A stretch of 64,000 nt of DNA from an uncultured cyanobacterium (GCA_963749915.1 CAVVOP010000020.1:128001-192000); one strand, 5' to 3'. Positions 19,691-29,953 are shown, counted from the stretch's first letter. A program made the numbers and translations. The notes: generated from the sequence alone by a model not told the origin.

Positions 19691-22600
19691 ATGATTAAAT
19701 ATGGGAAAAACTTGATCTTGAGTGCCATTGTTTGTATTATTATCGTCGGCTGTAATTTTGTGAGTCTTCAAGGAGGAAAAGAGCGTCTTCCATCTGTGTC
19801 TTCCTTACCCTTGCCAATTTTACCTAATTGGATTGAACAAATTACCCCTACGGGGGAAGCTAAACCTTTATCGCAAATTCTAATTCGTTTTAAAAATCCG
19901 ATAATTCCCCTTGAAAAGCTAGATACGCCCCAACAAAAGAATCTATTAAGCAAGTTTGAAATATTGCCCCCCTTAGCCGGTCGGTTTCGTATTTTAACGC
20001 CGAAAATGGTGGGTTTTCAAGCAGATAAAGCACTGCCAAAAGCCACAAGAATTAAAGTTACTTTAAAAACAGGTTTGTCAGACTTAGAAAATAATCGTTT
20101 AGAAAAAGATTTAGCTTGGACATTTAACACTGAAGTAATTCAAATAACAAATTTACCCGGCAGAACAAAAGACTCCGAACAAGAAACAGAACCCATTGAT
20201 ATTAGGCCGACCTTAGAGTTTAATTCTAATGTTGAATTGGATCCGGTTTCTTTACAAGATAGTATAAGTTTAATCTCCACTGAAAATCAAGATAAAATTA
20301 ATTTAAAAGTTGAATTAAAACCTGAAGACACTGACACGGAATATCCTCAAAATTCTTCACAAAAATTTGATCCTTCATCCCGTGAATGGATTTATACTAT
20401 TAAGCCCCTAAAAACCCTAGATAAAGCCACTACTTATCACCTAGACTTTGCTGAGGGTTTACGTCCCATTGATGGTAATTTACCCAGTGAATTTCCCTTT
20501 TCTAGTGAATTATTTACCTATGCACCTTTAGCATTTGCTCAAATAGAAAATTATGGAAAACCTGATCAATATGGAGCTTATGGACGTTTTGTTAAAGGTA
20601 GTCCTCAATTAAAATTTAATAACGGCTTAATGGCCACATCAGCAAGAGAAAATATTACCATTAATCCTACCCCAAAAAAAGCCATTAAATTAGTCCAAGC
20701 TTATGATGAAAATAAGATCGTGAGCCTTAATCCCTGGGCATTAGAGCCAAATACAAACTATACAATTACCATCGCTTCTAAACTTCAGGATAAATTTGGT
20801 CAAACCTTGGATAAACCTGTTACCGTAGAATATCAAACAGGAGATATAGCTCCAGAAATATGGGCTCCTAGTGACTTAAATATTTTTCCCTCAGAAACTG
20901 ATTTACAATTGAATATTTCTACTGTAAATTTACCTGATTCTCAGTATCAAGCGGCTTATAAAATTATTCAACCAGAGGATTTAGTTTATATTGATTCCGC
21001 TTATCCTAGTGGGCAAGATAAAGATTTATTACCTAACTCAAAAAATTGGTTAACTTCCTCTACAAAAGGTAAAAAAAATGAAGTTTATGATAATGTTATT
21101 CCCTTAAAAGAAAAGCTAGAAAATAACACAGGAATGTTGGCTTACGGAGTAAAAGCAAAGACAAATAGTTATGAGGAAAAAGGTGAAACATTGTGGCGAG
21201 AACCTGAATATTATGGCTTAGTACAATTAACCAATTTGGGTGTATTTGCCCAATGGTTTCCTGAGTCAGGTTTCGTTAAAGTTCATCATTTATCTGATGG
21301 TTCTGCGGTGAACAATGCTAGGGTAGAAATCTATGAATCAAAACTAGAAAATAAAGGGGACAAATATCCCCCAAAACCTTGTGCCATTACTCAAACTGAT
21401 GCAACAGGAACAGCAATTATTCAAGGAGAAAATTGGCAAAATTGTCTTGTGAATAAGGAACCGCCAAAACTATTAGTAATTGTTAGGGAAAATGAAGATT
21501 GGGCATTTGCCAGAACTAACGAATATAGTGGTGCTTACGAATATGGAATTAATGCTGGTTGGGATGAAGGAAAACCGTTATCAAGAGGTGTTATTTTTTC
21601 CGATAGACAATTATATCAACCCGGGGAAACTGCTTGGTTTACCGGTACCGCCTATTACTTAAAAAATGGGATTTTGCAACAAGATAAAAATATTTCTTAT
21701 CAAATAACTTTAACCAATCCTGATGGTAAAGAGGTTAATTTAGGTAAGCAAATTACTAACAAATTTGGCACGTTTTCCTTGAAACTACCCTTGGCTAAAA
21801 ATCAACCATTAGGCAACTATTCTATGGTAGCAAAAGGGGTAAATGGCGTTGAAATTTATGGAGATTTTCGAGTAGCTGAATTTAAGCCCCCTAATTTTAA
21901 AGTTGACCTACAATTAGATCAAGAATTTGCTTTTATTGATCAAAAAATAACCGTTAATACAGAGAGTAATTACTTCTTTGGTTCTCCAGTACAAGGAGGC
22001 AAAGTTAATTATTATGTCACCCGACAAAAAGCAGATTTTACCCCTAAAAATTGGGACAAATTTAATTTTGGTCGCCAATGGTTTTTTCCTGAAGAACCAC
22101 CAGAAGTACCTAATAATGTGTTGCAAGGTAGTGAAATTTTAAATACAGTGGGTAAAAATACTCAGCAAATTGCCGTGGCTAAAGATTTAGCTTATCCCAT
22201 GACTTATCAAGTGGAAGCACAAGTTACAGATGTTTCTAATTTATCAGTATCCAATTCTAAAACTTTTACCGCTTTGCCCAGTGATAAATTAATTGGTTTA
22301 CAAAGTGATTTCGTGGCAAATTCAGGACAGTCTTTTCCTGTTAAGTTGATTGTGACGGATGCGACAGGGAAGGTTATTACTGGCGAAAAAATTAAGATAG
22401 AATTGCAATCCATGAATTACAGCAGTGTCACCCAGTTAGAGGAAGGAAGTCGCATTTCTCGTCCACAAGTTGAATATAAAACAGTGGCACAACAGGAAAT
22501 AACTTCTAGTGATGAACCCCAGACAATTTCCTTTACCCCTCCCGATTCTGGTTCCTATCGTATTCAGGGCAATTTTGTTAATAGCAATAATGACATTACA

Positions 22601-25399
22601 GCCACAGATTTACAAATTTGGGTAACAGGGAATAATCAAGTTAGTTGGGGCGATCGCTTTGATAATAATCGTTTAGAAATTCAACTAGATAAAGAAACCT
22701 ATCAAGTAGGGGAAACAGCAACAGCTTTAATACAATCCCCCTATCCAGAAGCAGAATTATATTTTGCCGTCATTCGCCATGATACCCTTTATCATACTAC
22801 ACAAAAAGTAACAGGGGGTGCTCCTAAAATTCAATTTACCGTTACCCCTGAAATGTTGCCTAATGCTGCCGTTGAAGCGGTTTTGGTTCGTCAAGGTACA
22901 TCGTTAGCACAAACTGAACCCGGTAGCGTTAAAAATTTAGTTCGCATTGGTTTTGCACCCTTTAACCTCAACTTAGATAATCAGTATTTGCAAGTAAAAG
23001 TTATTCCCCAAGAGGCACGACAACAACCTGGCACAAAGCAAACCGTTGATTTAGAGTTAAAAGATAATCAAGGAAATCCCATTGGGGGACAATTTACCTT
23101 GATGGCAGTTAATGAAGCTGTATTACAATTAACGGGATATAATCCTCCAGATTTAGTAAAAACTGTTTACGCTGATCAAGATATTTCTACTCGCTTGGCT
23201 GATAATCGCCCTGAAGTAGTCTTGACTTCTCCTGCTTCCCCACTACAAAAAGGTTGGGGATACGGAGGCGGAGACTCTGCTGGAATTGGTGATACACAAA
23301 TTCGCAAAGATTTTCGAGCCTTAGCTTATTATAATGGCTCTATTTTGACTGATATTAACGGAAAAGCTAGTGTTAATTTTACCCTGCCTGATGATTTAAC
23401 TACTTGGCGAGTGATGGTAGTTGCTACGGATGGAGACTTGCGTTTTGGCAATGGGGAAGCAACTTTTATCACTCAAAAACCTCTTGCTACTAATCCTATT
23501 TTGCCTCAATTTGTGCGTTTGGGCGATCGCTTTTTGGGTGGTGTTGCTGTGACAAAGACCACGGAAAAACTTGGTAATTTAAGTATTAGTGCTAATGTGT
23601 CAAATAATTTTAGTTTTACCGAGGATTCTCGACTAAAAACTCAGGCAGAATTAGGGACAAAAGCCTATCGTTTCCCCATGACCGCTGATAAAATTGGTGA
23701 AGGAAAAATACAATTTTCTACGAACTTAAATAACCAACAAAAAGATGCTTTTGAGGTTCCTTTAGAAGTTAAAAATTTAGAAGTAACAGAACAGGTAATA
23801 ACATCAGGGATAACAGCTAATGAGGTTAAAATACCTTTAAATATTGATCCTCAAGTAAGACCTGATGTAGGAGGCTTAGAAATAATCTTAGCAAGTACCT
23901 TAATTCCTGAAATTAATATCACCGCTAAGCAAGTTTTTACGGCTGATGAATTGCCCTTTTTAGAACCCTCTGCCAGTCAATTAATGATTGCCGCAAATTT
24001 GCAAATTCTCAGGGAAAAATATCAACTAACTTTGACAAATTTTGAGCCTCTAAAAGAGGCTAATCAAGCCTTAGAAATTATCCAAAATTTACAGAAAGTA
24101 GATGGTGGATTTGCCTCATTCCCACAGGGAGAAAAATCAGATCCTTTTCTAACGCCCTATACTGCCAATAGTTTAGCACAAGCAAAATTAGCGGGATTTA
24201 AAGTTAATCCAATCCTATTAAAATCTCTTACTAATTATCTAGAGAAAATTTTAGCTAATCCAAATCCATCTAATCTTTGTAATACCTCAGTTTGTAAAAA
24301 TCAAATCCGTTTAGATGCTTTAATTGCCTTAGAAAAATTAGGAACAAAACGTGCAGACTTTTTAGAATCTTTATACGAGCAAAAAAATGAATTTGATTTC
24401 GTCCATCAGATTAAATTAGCTCGTTATCTTTCTAAATTTCCCGAGTGGCAAACCGAGACTGAAAATCTCACTAACAACATTCAAGAAACTATTTATACAA
24501 CAGGAAGAAATGCTACCGTAAATTTACCTGCAAATTGGGATTGGTTGGACTCTAAAACTACGGCACAAGCACAGGCATTCCGTTTATTTATTGCTCAAAA
24601 AAGTGCTCCTGAAAATTTAGACCGTTTATTAAAAGGATTGTTGGCAATGAGACGGAATGGTTTATGGAGTAATAGCTATGATAATGCTCAAGCTTTAACT
24701 GCTTTAGTTGAATATAGCCAATTACAACCAACTCCCCCTGATTTTCAAGCCACCGTTGAACTCAAAAATAAATTATTAGGAAATGTTCAATTTACAGGAT
24801 ATAAACCTTCTAATTATGACCTAAAAATTCCTCATCAAAATTTACCCAATGGACAAAATAATCTCATCCTACAAAAATCCGGTGAAGGCATGTTACATTA
24901 TTTAACAGCCTATAGTTATCGCTTACCCGGAAATCAACCGGGCCGCTTAAACGGATTGCGGGTTACTCGTTATATTCGTCCAGCTAATCAAGAGAATATC
25001 TTGGAAAAATTGGGACTTTATGCACCAGATAAAACCGTAACTTTACCCGTCGGACAAATATTTGATTTAGAATTAGAAATTATTACCGATCATCCTATTA
25101 ATCATCTCATCATCAATGATCCTCTTCCGGCAGGATTAGAAGCTATTGATAGCAATTTTCAAACATCTGGTAGCTATTTTCAACAGCAAGAAGATAGTTG
25201 GCAAATCAACTATCAACAAATCTATAAAGATAAAGTAGTGGCCTATGGCGATCGCTTAGAAGCAGGGGTGTATAATTTACATTATCTAGTGCGCTCAGTT
25301 ACTCTCGGAACTTTTGATTGGCCAGGGGCAGAAGTTCACTTACAATATGCCCCCGAAGAATTTGGGCGCAGTGCCTCCACAAAATTGGAGATAAAATAG
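19691..25399 (+). CDS. Bacterial alpha-2-macroglobulin family lipoprotein
   Basis: Lipobox IVGC, FSDRQLYQPGE, F.VAEFK.P.F, LPDDLTTWRVM, DPLPAGLE, YAPEEFGRS. Confidence 0.93.
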   Translation: MIKYGKNLILSAIVCIIIVGCNFVSLQGGKERLPSVSSLPLPILPNWIEQITPTGEAKPLSQILIRFKNPIIPLEKLDTPQQKNLLSKFEILPPLAGRFRILTPKMVGFQADKALPKATRIKVTLKTGLSDLENNRLEKDLAWTFNTEVIQITNLPGRTKDSEQETEPIDIRPTLEFNSNVELDPVSLQDSISLISTENQDKINLKVELKPEDTDTEYPQNSSQKFDPSSREWIYTIKPLKTLDKATTYHLDFAEGLRPIDGNLPSEFPFSSELFTYAPLAFAQIENYGKPDQYGAYGRFVKGSPQLKFNNGLMATSARENITINPTPKKAIKLVQAYDENKIVSLNPWALEPNTNYTITIASKLQDKFGQTLDKPVTVEYQTGDIAPEIWAPSDLNIFPSETDLQLNISTVNLPDSQYQAAYKIIQPEDLVYIDSAYPSGQDKDLLPNSKNWLTSSTKGKKNEVYDNVIPLKEKLENNTGMLAYGVKAKTNSYEEKGETLWREPEYYGLVQLTNLGVFAQWFPESGFVKVHHLSDGSAVNNARVEIYESKLENKGDKYPPKPCAITQTDATGTAIIQGENWQNCLVNKEPPKLLVIVRENEDWAFARTNEYSGAYEYGINAGWDEGKPLSRGVIFSDRQLYQPGETAWFTGTAYYLKNGILQQDKNISYQITLTNPDGKEVNLGKQITNKFGTFSLKLPLAKNQPLGNYSMVAKGVNGVEIYGDFRVAEFKPPNFKVDLQLDQEFAFIDQKITVNTESNYFFGSPVQGGKVNYYVTRQKADFTPKNWDKFNFGRQWFFPEEPPEVPNNVLQGSEILNTVGKNTQQIAVAKDLAYPMTYQVEAQVTDVSNLSVSNSKTFTALPSDKLIGLQSDFVANSGQSFPVKLIVTDATGKVITGEKIKIELQSMNYSSVTQLEEGSRISRPQVEYKTVAQQEITSSDEPQTISFTPPDSGSYRIQGNFVNSNNDITATDLQIWVTGNNQVSWGDRFDNNRLEIQLDKETYQVGETATALIQSPYPEAELYFAVIRHDTLYHTTQKVTGGAPKIQFTVTPEMLPNAAVEAVLVRQGTSLAQTEPGSVKNLVRIGFAPFNLNLDNQYLQVKVIPQEARQQPGTKQTVDLELKDNQGNPIGGQFTLMAVNEAVLQLTGYNPPDLVKTVYADQDISTRLADNRPEVVLTSPASPLQKGWGYGGGDSAGIGDTQIRKDFRALAYYNGSILTDINGKASVNFTLPDDLTTWRVMVVATDGDLRFGNGEATFITQKPLATNPILPQFVRLGDRFLGGVAVTKTTEKLGNLSISANVSNNFSFTEDSRLKTQAELGTKAYRFPMTADKIGEGKIQFSTNLNNQQKDAFEVPLEVKNLEVTEQVITSGITANEVKIPLNIDPQVRPDVGGLEIILASTLIPEINITAKQVFTADELPFLEPSASQLMIAANLQILREKYQLTLTNFEPLKEANQALEIIQNLQKVDGGFASFPQGEKSDPFLTPYTANSLAQAKLAGFKVNPILLKSLTNYLEKILANPNPSNLCNTSVCKNQIRLDALIALEKLGTKRADFLESLYEQKNEFDFVHQIKLARYLSKFPEWQTETENLTNNIQETIYTTGRNATVNLPANWDWLDSKTTAQAQAFRLFIAQKSAPENLDRLLKGLLAMRRNGLWSNSYDNAQALTALVEYSQLQPTPPDFQATVELKNKLLGNVQFTGYKPSNYDLKIPHQNLPNGQNNLILQKSGEGMLHYLTAYSYRLPGNQPGRLNGLRVTRYIRPANQENILEKLGLYAPDKTVTLPVGQIFDLELEIITDHPINHLIINDPLPAGLEAIDSNFQTSGSYFQQQEDSWQINYQQIYKDKVVAYGDRLEAGVYNLHYLVRSVTLGTFDWPGAEVHLQYAPEEFGRSASTKLEIK

Positions 25400-25533
25400 G
25401 ATTTAGCAAGATATTGATACTGTTAATAAATTCAAATTTATTTCCCCTAATGGAACATCAATGATCACTTGTCGTCCCTAATATAAAGTTAGGGGAGTAT
25501 TTCTCCCAAAAATATTAATCTTGGTTTATAATC

Positions 25534-26370
25534 GTGTTTAATTTCAAACGTAAATTATTATATTCAACTATTTCTCTCACCGTTGCACTAGGTCTAGTTT
25601 TTACTGATGTTAGGGTTAGTCAAGCCATTCCCTGGGGAGAATTATTTTTGAGAGGTGTCCAAGCCATTCAAATTAGTAATCTTAGTGATCAACAAGAGGT
25701 TGAATTTGGCAATCAAATACGGCAGCAATTGTTGTCACAAGGAAAAATTCGATTATACCGTAATGAGGAGTTATACGGTTATGTTAATCAGATTGGTCGT
25801 AGATTAGTGAAAGTGAGTACTCGTCCAAATTTACCTTACCGTTTCGAGATTGTGGATGATCCTCAAGTGAATGCTTTTGCGACCATGGGGGGTTATATTT
25901 ATCTTCACACTGGCTTAATTGCCACCGCCGCCAATGAAGCTGAGTTGGCCAGTGTTATCGCCCATGAAATTGGTCATGTTGTCGCCCGTCACTCTCAAAA
26001 ACAAATACGTCAACAAGCTATTACCCAAGGATTATTAACAGCGGCAGGATTAAATAAAACCAATGTGGTACAGCTTGGGGTTACTTTAGCTTTAGATTTA
26101 CCCTATAGTCGTCAAGATGAATATGAAGCGGATGCCATCGGGCTACAAATTCTCTCTGACGCTGGTTACGCACCCCGTGCGATGGTGGATTTTATGCAAA
26201 AATTGGGTAAGTCTGGGGGTAAAGTACCCACTTTACTCAGTACTCACCCCAATGGTGCGGATCGTGCCATCGCCCTTGATCAAAAAATTCCCCGCCAAAT
26301 GGCTTATCGAGGAAATGGCTTAGACAAAGAAGCCTATCAATATAATATTCGCTCATTATTAAGAAGATAA
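25534..26370 (+). CDS. M48 family zinc metallopeptidase, exported
   Basis: NAFATMGG, HEIGH, YSR.DEYEAD, LSTHP. Confidence 0.92.
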   Translation: MFNFKRKLLYSTISLTVALGLVFTDVRVSQAIPWGELFLRGVQAIQISNLSDQQEVEFGNQIRQQLLSQGKIRLYRNEELYGYVNQIGRRLVKVSTRPNLPYRFEIVDDPQVNAFATMGGYIYLHTGLIATAANEAELASVIAHEIGHVVARHSQKQIRQQAITQGLLTAAGLNKTNVVQLGVTLALDLPYSRQDEYEADAIGLQILSDAGYAPRAMVDFMQKLGKSGGKVPTLLSTHPNGADRAIALDQKIPRQMAYRGNGLDKEAYQYNIRSLLRR

Positions 26371-26384
26371 CGAAAGTAATAAGA

Positions 26385-26403
26385 TAGGGTGGGCAATGCC
26401 CAC
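26385..26403. repeat. REP-like palindrome between convergent genes
   Basis: TAGGGTGGGCAATGCCCAC (GTGGGCA/TGCCCAC arms). Confidence 0.6.
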
Positions 26404-26428
26404 AAAAATCAGACAATTTTTGAAAACA

Positions 26429-27985
26429 TTAACAAGCTACTAATGATTCTTGATCTTGACTTAAATATTCTTGCAATTGTGCCTCAATTTGAGCTTTGAC
26501 AATTTCTCGATATTCCATAAAATGTTCGTTATGAGCACACAGGGTTAAATAGTGTTCCCATACAGCTGGATTATCTTTGATGATGCTAAATAGATGGTGC
26601 CAGAATTTCCAGCGGGTATCTCGTTTTATTCCTTGCCGCCATACTACGATCGCTAATGCCTTAAGATCAAGTAAGGTCGGTAATTTGGCAGGAGGATGAG
26701 CTTTGGGTGCGCCTAATTTCAAGAAACAATGATAAATACGATCAAGGTAAGCATGGGGATCATAGAGTCGCCAAAAAGCATCTACATATTCTTTGGCAAT
26801 ATCTTCCACAGGGCGAGTGGGTACAAAATTCATCAAGGTGGTTTGGTTAATATTACCGTCTTTTCCTTCCCTTAAACGCCCTTCTTTTTGCAGACGATGC
26901 CATAACGCTGTATTGGGTAACGCTTGTAACATGGAAAAAGTAGTTGTGGGAATGCCCACTTGTTCCGCAAAACGGACAATGCGATCGCCAGCACCTTTTT
27001 TCTCGCCATCAAAACCGATAATAAAACCAGCCATAGGACGCAATCCGATACGGATAATTTTATCAACGGCATCGGCGAGAGAACTACGGGTATTTTGAAA
27101 TTTTTTGGTAAGCTGTAAACTATCCTCATCAGGGGTCTCAATGCCCAAAAATACGGCATCGAAATAACAATCTACCATCAACTCCATTAATTCTTCATCG
27201 TCAGCTAAATCAACGGAAGCCTCGGTATTGAAGCGGAAAGGATACTGATGTTCTTGTTGCCATAGCTTTAAGGCTTTTAACAATAATTTGACGTTGCGCT
27301 TATTGCCAATAAAATTATCATCTACCATGAAGACACCACGACGCCAACCTAACTCATAAAGATAATCTAACTCTTTGAGTAATTGTTCAGGAGTTTTCGT
27401 TCTCGGTTTTCGCCCATAAAGCACGATAATATCGCAAAATTCGCACTGGAAAGGACATCCCCTCGAAAATTGTACCGACATGGAATCGTAAGCATCAAAT
27501 TCCAGTAAATCGAAACGAGGCACGGGGGTAATTGTCACGTCAGGTTTTTCGGTGGTGCGGAAAGTTCCTGATTTTTCACCCTTCTCAATGGCTTCTACAA
27601 ACATCGGCAAGGTGATTTCCCCTTCATCTAAAATTAAAAAATCGACCCCCGCCTGTTCGGCTTCATGGGGGACAGAAGTAGGATAAGGGCCACCCACCGC
27701 CACTAATTTTCCTCTTTGTTTAGCTTCTTTAATTTGAGCGATTAAATCATCTTTTTGGACAATCATCGCCGACATGATTACCACATCAGCCCATGCCCAT
27801 TCAGCATCTGTAGCCGGGCGTATATTCCGATCAACTAACTTAAATTCCCATTCCTGAGGTAAGATTGAAGCAACTGTAATTAATCCTAATGGTGGTAATA
27901 ATACTTTGCGATTGACTAATTCTAAAATTTTGTCATAGGACCAGAAAGTAGGTGGAAAAATGGGATAAATTAATAAAGCACGCAT
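26429..27985 (-). CDS. B12-binding radical SAM protein (DUF4070 C-terminus)
   Basis: PPLGL, VGGPY, SRGCPFQCEFC (CxxxCxxC), VDDNFIG. Confidence 0.93.
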   Translation of the reverse strand: MRALLIYPIFPPTFWSYDKILELVNRKVLLPPLGLITVASILPQEWEFKLVDRNIRPATDAEWAWADVVIMSAMIVQKDDLIAQIKEAKQRGKLVAVGGPYPTSVPHEAEQAGVDFLILDEGEITLPMFVEAIEKGEKSGTFRTTEKPDVTITPVPRFDLLEFDAYDSMSVQFSRGCPFQCEFCDIIVLYGRKPRTKTPEQLLKELDYLYELGWRRGVFMVDDNFIGNKRNVKLLLKALKLWQQEHQYPFRFNTEASVDLADDEELMELMVDCYFDAVFLGIETPDEDSLQLTKKFQNTRSSLADAVDKIIRIGLRPMAGFIIGFDGEKKGAGDRIVRFAEQVGIPTTTFSMLQALPNTALWHRLQKEGRLREGKDGNINQTTLMNFVPTRPVEDIAKEYVDAFWRLYDPHAYLDRIYHCFLKLGAPKAHPPAKLPTLLDLKALAIVVWRQGIKRDTRWKFWHHLFSIIKDNPAVWEHYLTLCAHNEHFMEYREIVKAQIEAQLQEYLSQDQESLVAC

Positions 27986-28245
27986 ATGATAAGGTAATTT
28001 AATTACTAAAAACTAGTTATTATCCTTAACTGTAACCTAAATTTTTGGGAAATCAACCCACTTTCTGCACGTCAAATTGTTTTTCAGAAAAAAGCTAAGT
28101 ATAAAGGTATTGAATCTTAATAAGATTTAAGGGGCTCTTTTTTTTGTTAAAGGCACGAAACCCTACTATCACAGGCATTTCGTCTCATAGAGATGTTTTT
28201 AATAGGGGGTCACTGACAAAAGGTACCATTTTTCTTAAAAAATAA

Positions 28246-28275
28246 TTGTCAAATCTGATACTTTTTTGTTATACT
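28246..28275 (+). promoter_or_regulatory. Sigma70-type promoter with overlapping NtcA-like box (repressor position)
   Basis: TTGTCA (28246-51), 18 bp, TGnTATACT (-10 at 28270-75); GTC-N8-TAC at 28248-28261, one mismatch to GTA-N8-TAC. Confidence 0.6.
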
Positions 28276-28291
28276 GAAGGCGTAAGGATAA

Positions 28292-28353
28292 ATCGTTCAT
28301 CTGCAAGAGCGGACGGAAGTAAGAAGTGATAAGTTCTTCTGAAGGAACGCGCC
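28292..28353 (+). ncRNA. Glutamine riboswitch, glnA-motif (type I) aptamer
   Basis: ATCGTTCA-[TCTGC aaga GCGGA]-CGGAAGTA-[AGAAG...CTTCT]-GAAGGAACGCGCC; P1 CGTTC/GAACG; E-loop AGTA/GAA. Confidence 0.9.
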
Positions 28354-28392
28354 TCGAGTCTAAGCCCATCAAAAATTAGAGGAGGCGGTATT

Positions 28393-28527
28393 ATGAACGC
28401 TAAACAAAATAATCTCGGTTCAATCAATCAAAAAGCTCGTTTGTTAATAGTTGATAATCGTCAACGTAAACACAATCGTCAAGCTAGTATGTTGGAAAGA
28501 TCTGCCAAACAAGTCGGTCTTCAATAA
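28393..28527 (+). CDS. 44-aa glutamine synthetase inactivating factor (IF7/IF17 core)-like protein; absent from the ORF track
   Basis: MNAKQNNLGSINQKARLLIVDNRQRKHNRQASMLERSAKQVGLQ; AR..NRQ.SML.R.A...G pattern; SD AGAGGAGG. Confidence 0.85.
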   Translation: MNAKQNNLGSINQKARLLIVDNRQRKHNRQASMLERSAKQVGLQ

Positions 28528-28629
28528 TTTATTATGAACTGTGTTGGTAGTTGGAGTAAAGTACTTTGGGCTCCAGCTATCAGTGTCAATGGAAAAAGTT
28601 CTTTCGTTCATTCAATTAGGAGTATAATC

Positions 28630-28782
28630 ATGATTAGTAAAAAAACTGCACAGGGTGCCATTCAAGCTCATAGAACCACTTTACTTAAAACTCTCGAACA
28701 TCGTTTAGAAGTAGCTAAATCCAAAGGACAAACTGCATTGATAGCCCAGTTAGAGGCGGAAAAAAGTTATTATCTGAAGTAG
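28630..28782 (+). CDS. pirA: PII-interacting regulator of arginine synthesis PirA (50 aa)
   Basis: AHR..L.K.LEHRLEVAK.KG...LI..LEAE pattern; AGGAG RBS before ATG 28630. Confidence 0.8.
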   Translation: MISKKTAQGAIQAHRTTLLKTLEHRLEVAKSKGQTALIAQLEAEKSYYLK

Positions 28783-28994
28783 AGGGTTTGTAATTGATTC
28801 GGTTCTTCCGGAGTGGTTGTGACGAAATAGATTAAAAAATTAGGGGACAGGGAATTAGGCAATGGGCAATAGTTAATTAACTTAAGTTCGGTTTGCTGTT
28901 TCACTGTCCCTGAAGATTGTGAATATTTATCTAGTACTTCGGAAAGTAGGTTCTAACATCATTAGAGAATGTGAGACGGCTATATTATATAACC

Positions 28995-29897
28995 TTACGT
29001 TAGAGCTTCGAATCCCGCTACCACATCTAATAATTCTGAAGTAATTGCACCTTGGCGTTGGCGACGATATTGAGTCTTAAGCTCGTCAAGACGTTCTTCA
29101 ATATTTTTCTGTGCCGATTGCATGGCGGCAAGGCGACTGGCATTTTCGCTTGCTAGGGAAGCCGCTAAGGCTCGATAGAGGGAGACAAACAGGTATTGGC
29201 TAATTAGTTCCGAAAATAAGTCTTGCCAGTCCATCGTAAAAATTGGTATGACGGAAGTGTACCAGGGTTTCTTTTCTAGGGAAAGCAACCAATGAGGATC
29301 GAGGGGTAATAACTGTTGTTTACCAGAGCAATAGGAAGAACCAGAGATGGGCTGGTTATAAAATAGCAGAATCCTACCAATTTGCTCCCTTTGTTGCCAA
29401 CTTTCCAGCATCAGTAGAATATTTCGTACCGTTTCGCCAATGCTGATGGCAGAGGTAGGAAGAGTAAATTGTTCTGTGATTTGATACTGAGTTGTTTTGA
29501 GATGAGGTAATAAACGAGAACCCACAGACCCAATCAAAATTGGTTTAAAGTTAGGAAATTGTCCCAGATACTCTCTAGCATATTGCGTAATTTGTTCATT
29601 AAATTGACCACACAATCCTTGATCAGAGCCAAAAATAATCGCCCCTATTTTTTTTGTTTCAGGAAGATCAAGGGTTTCTTTTAAGTTTAAGGAAAGGGGT
29701 TCACCCGCAAAATATCGTTCTCGCAGGAGAATTTGAAAGCCCATTTCAACAGTACGGTTGTATTCAGCTAAAGATTCTACTGCCCGTTCGTACTGACGAA
29801 TACTCACAGCCGCAAGAACTTTCATCGTCTTGACGACGGAATATAAATCTTGAACACCGTCAATGGTAGCTTTCAGGGATGCAGGGGTTATAGACAT
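28995..29897 (-). CDS. atpG: N-type (alternate) F-ATPase gamma subunit
   Basis: SVVKTMK.LAAVSI.QYE, GSDQGLCGQFN, ASENASRL.AMQ, RQ.AIT.ELLDV. Confidence 0.92.
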   Translation of the reverse strand: MSITPASLKATIDGVQDLYSVVKTMKVLAAVSIRQYERAVESLAEYNRTVEMGFQILLRERYFAGEPLSLNLKETLDLPETKKIGAIIFGSDQGLCGQFNEQITQYAREYLGQFPNFKPILIGSVGSRLLPHLKTTQYQITEQFTLPTSAISIGETVRNILLMLESWQQREQIGRILLFYNQPISGSSYCSGKQQLLPLDPHWLLSLEKKPWYTSVIPIFTMDWQDLFSELISQYLFVSLYRALAASLASENASRLAAMQSAQKNIEERLDELKTQYRRQRQGAITSELLDVVAGFEALT

Positions 29898-29953
29898 AAT
29901 TTTTTACTCTAGTTTTCTTCAGATACCAAATTGTTCTGTTTTTATTTTTCTCT

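Noticed and set aside
28534..28629. N-terminal extension of the pirA ORF (82 aa)
   Set aside because: Runs through the hairpin; RBS and family size support ATG 28630
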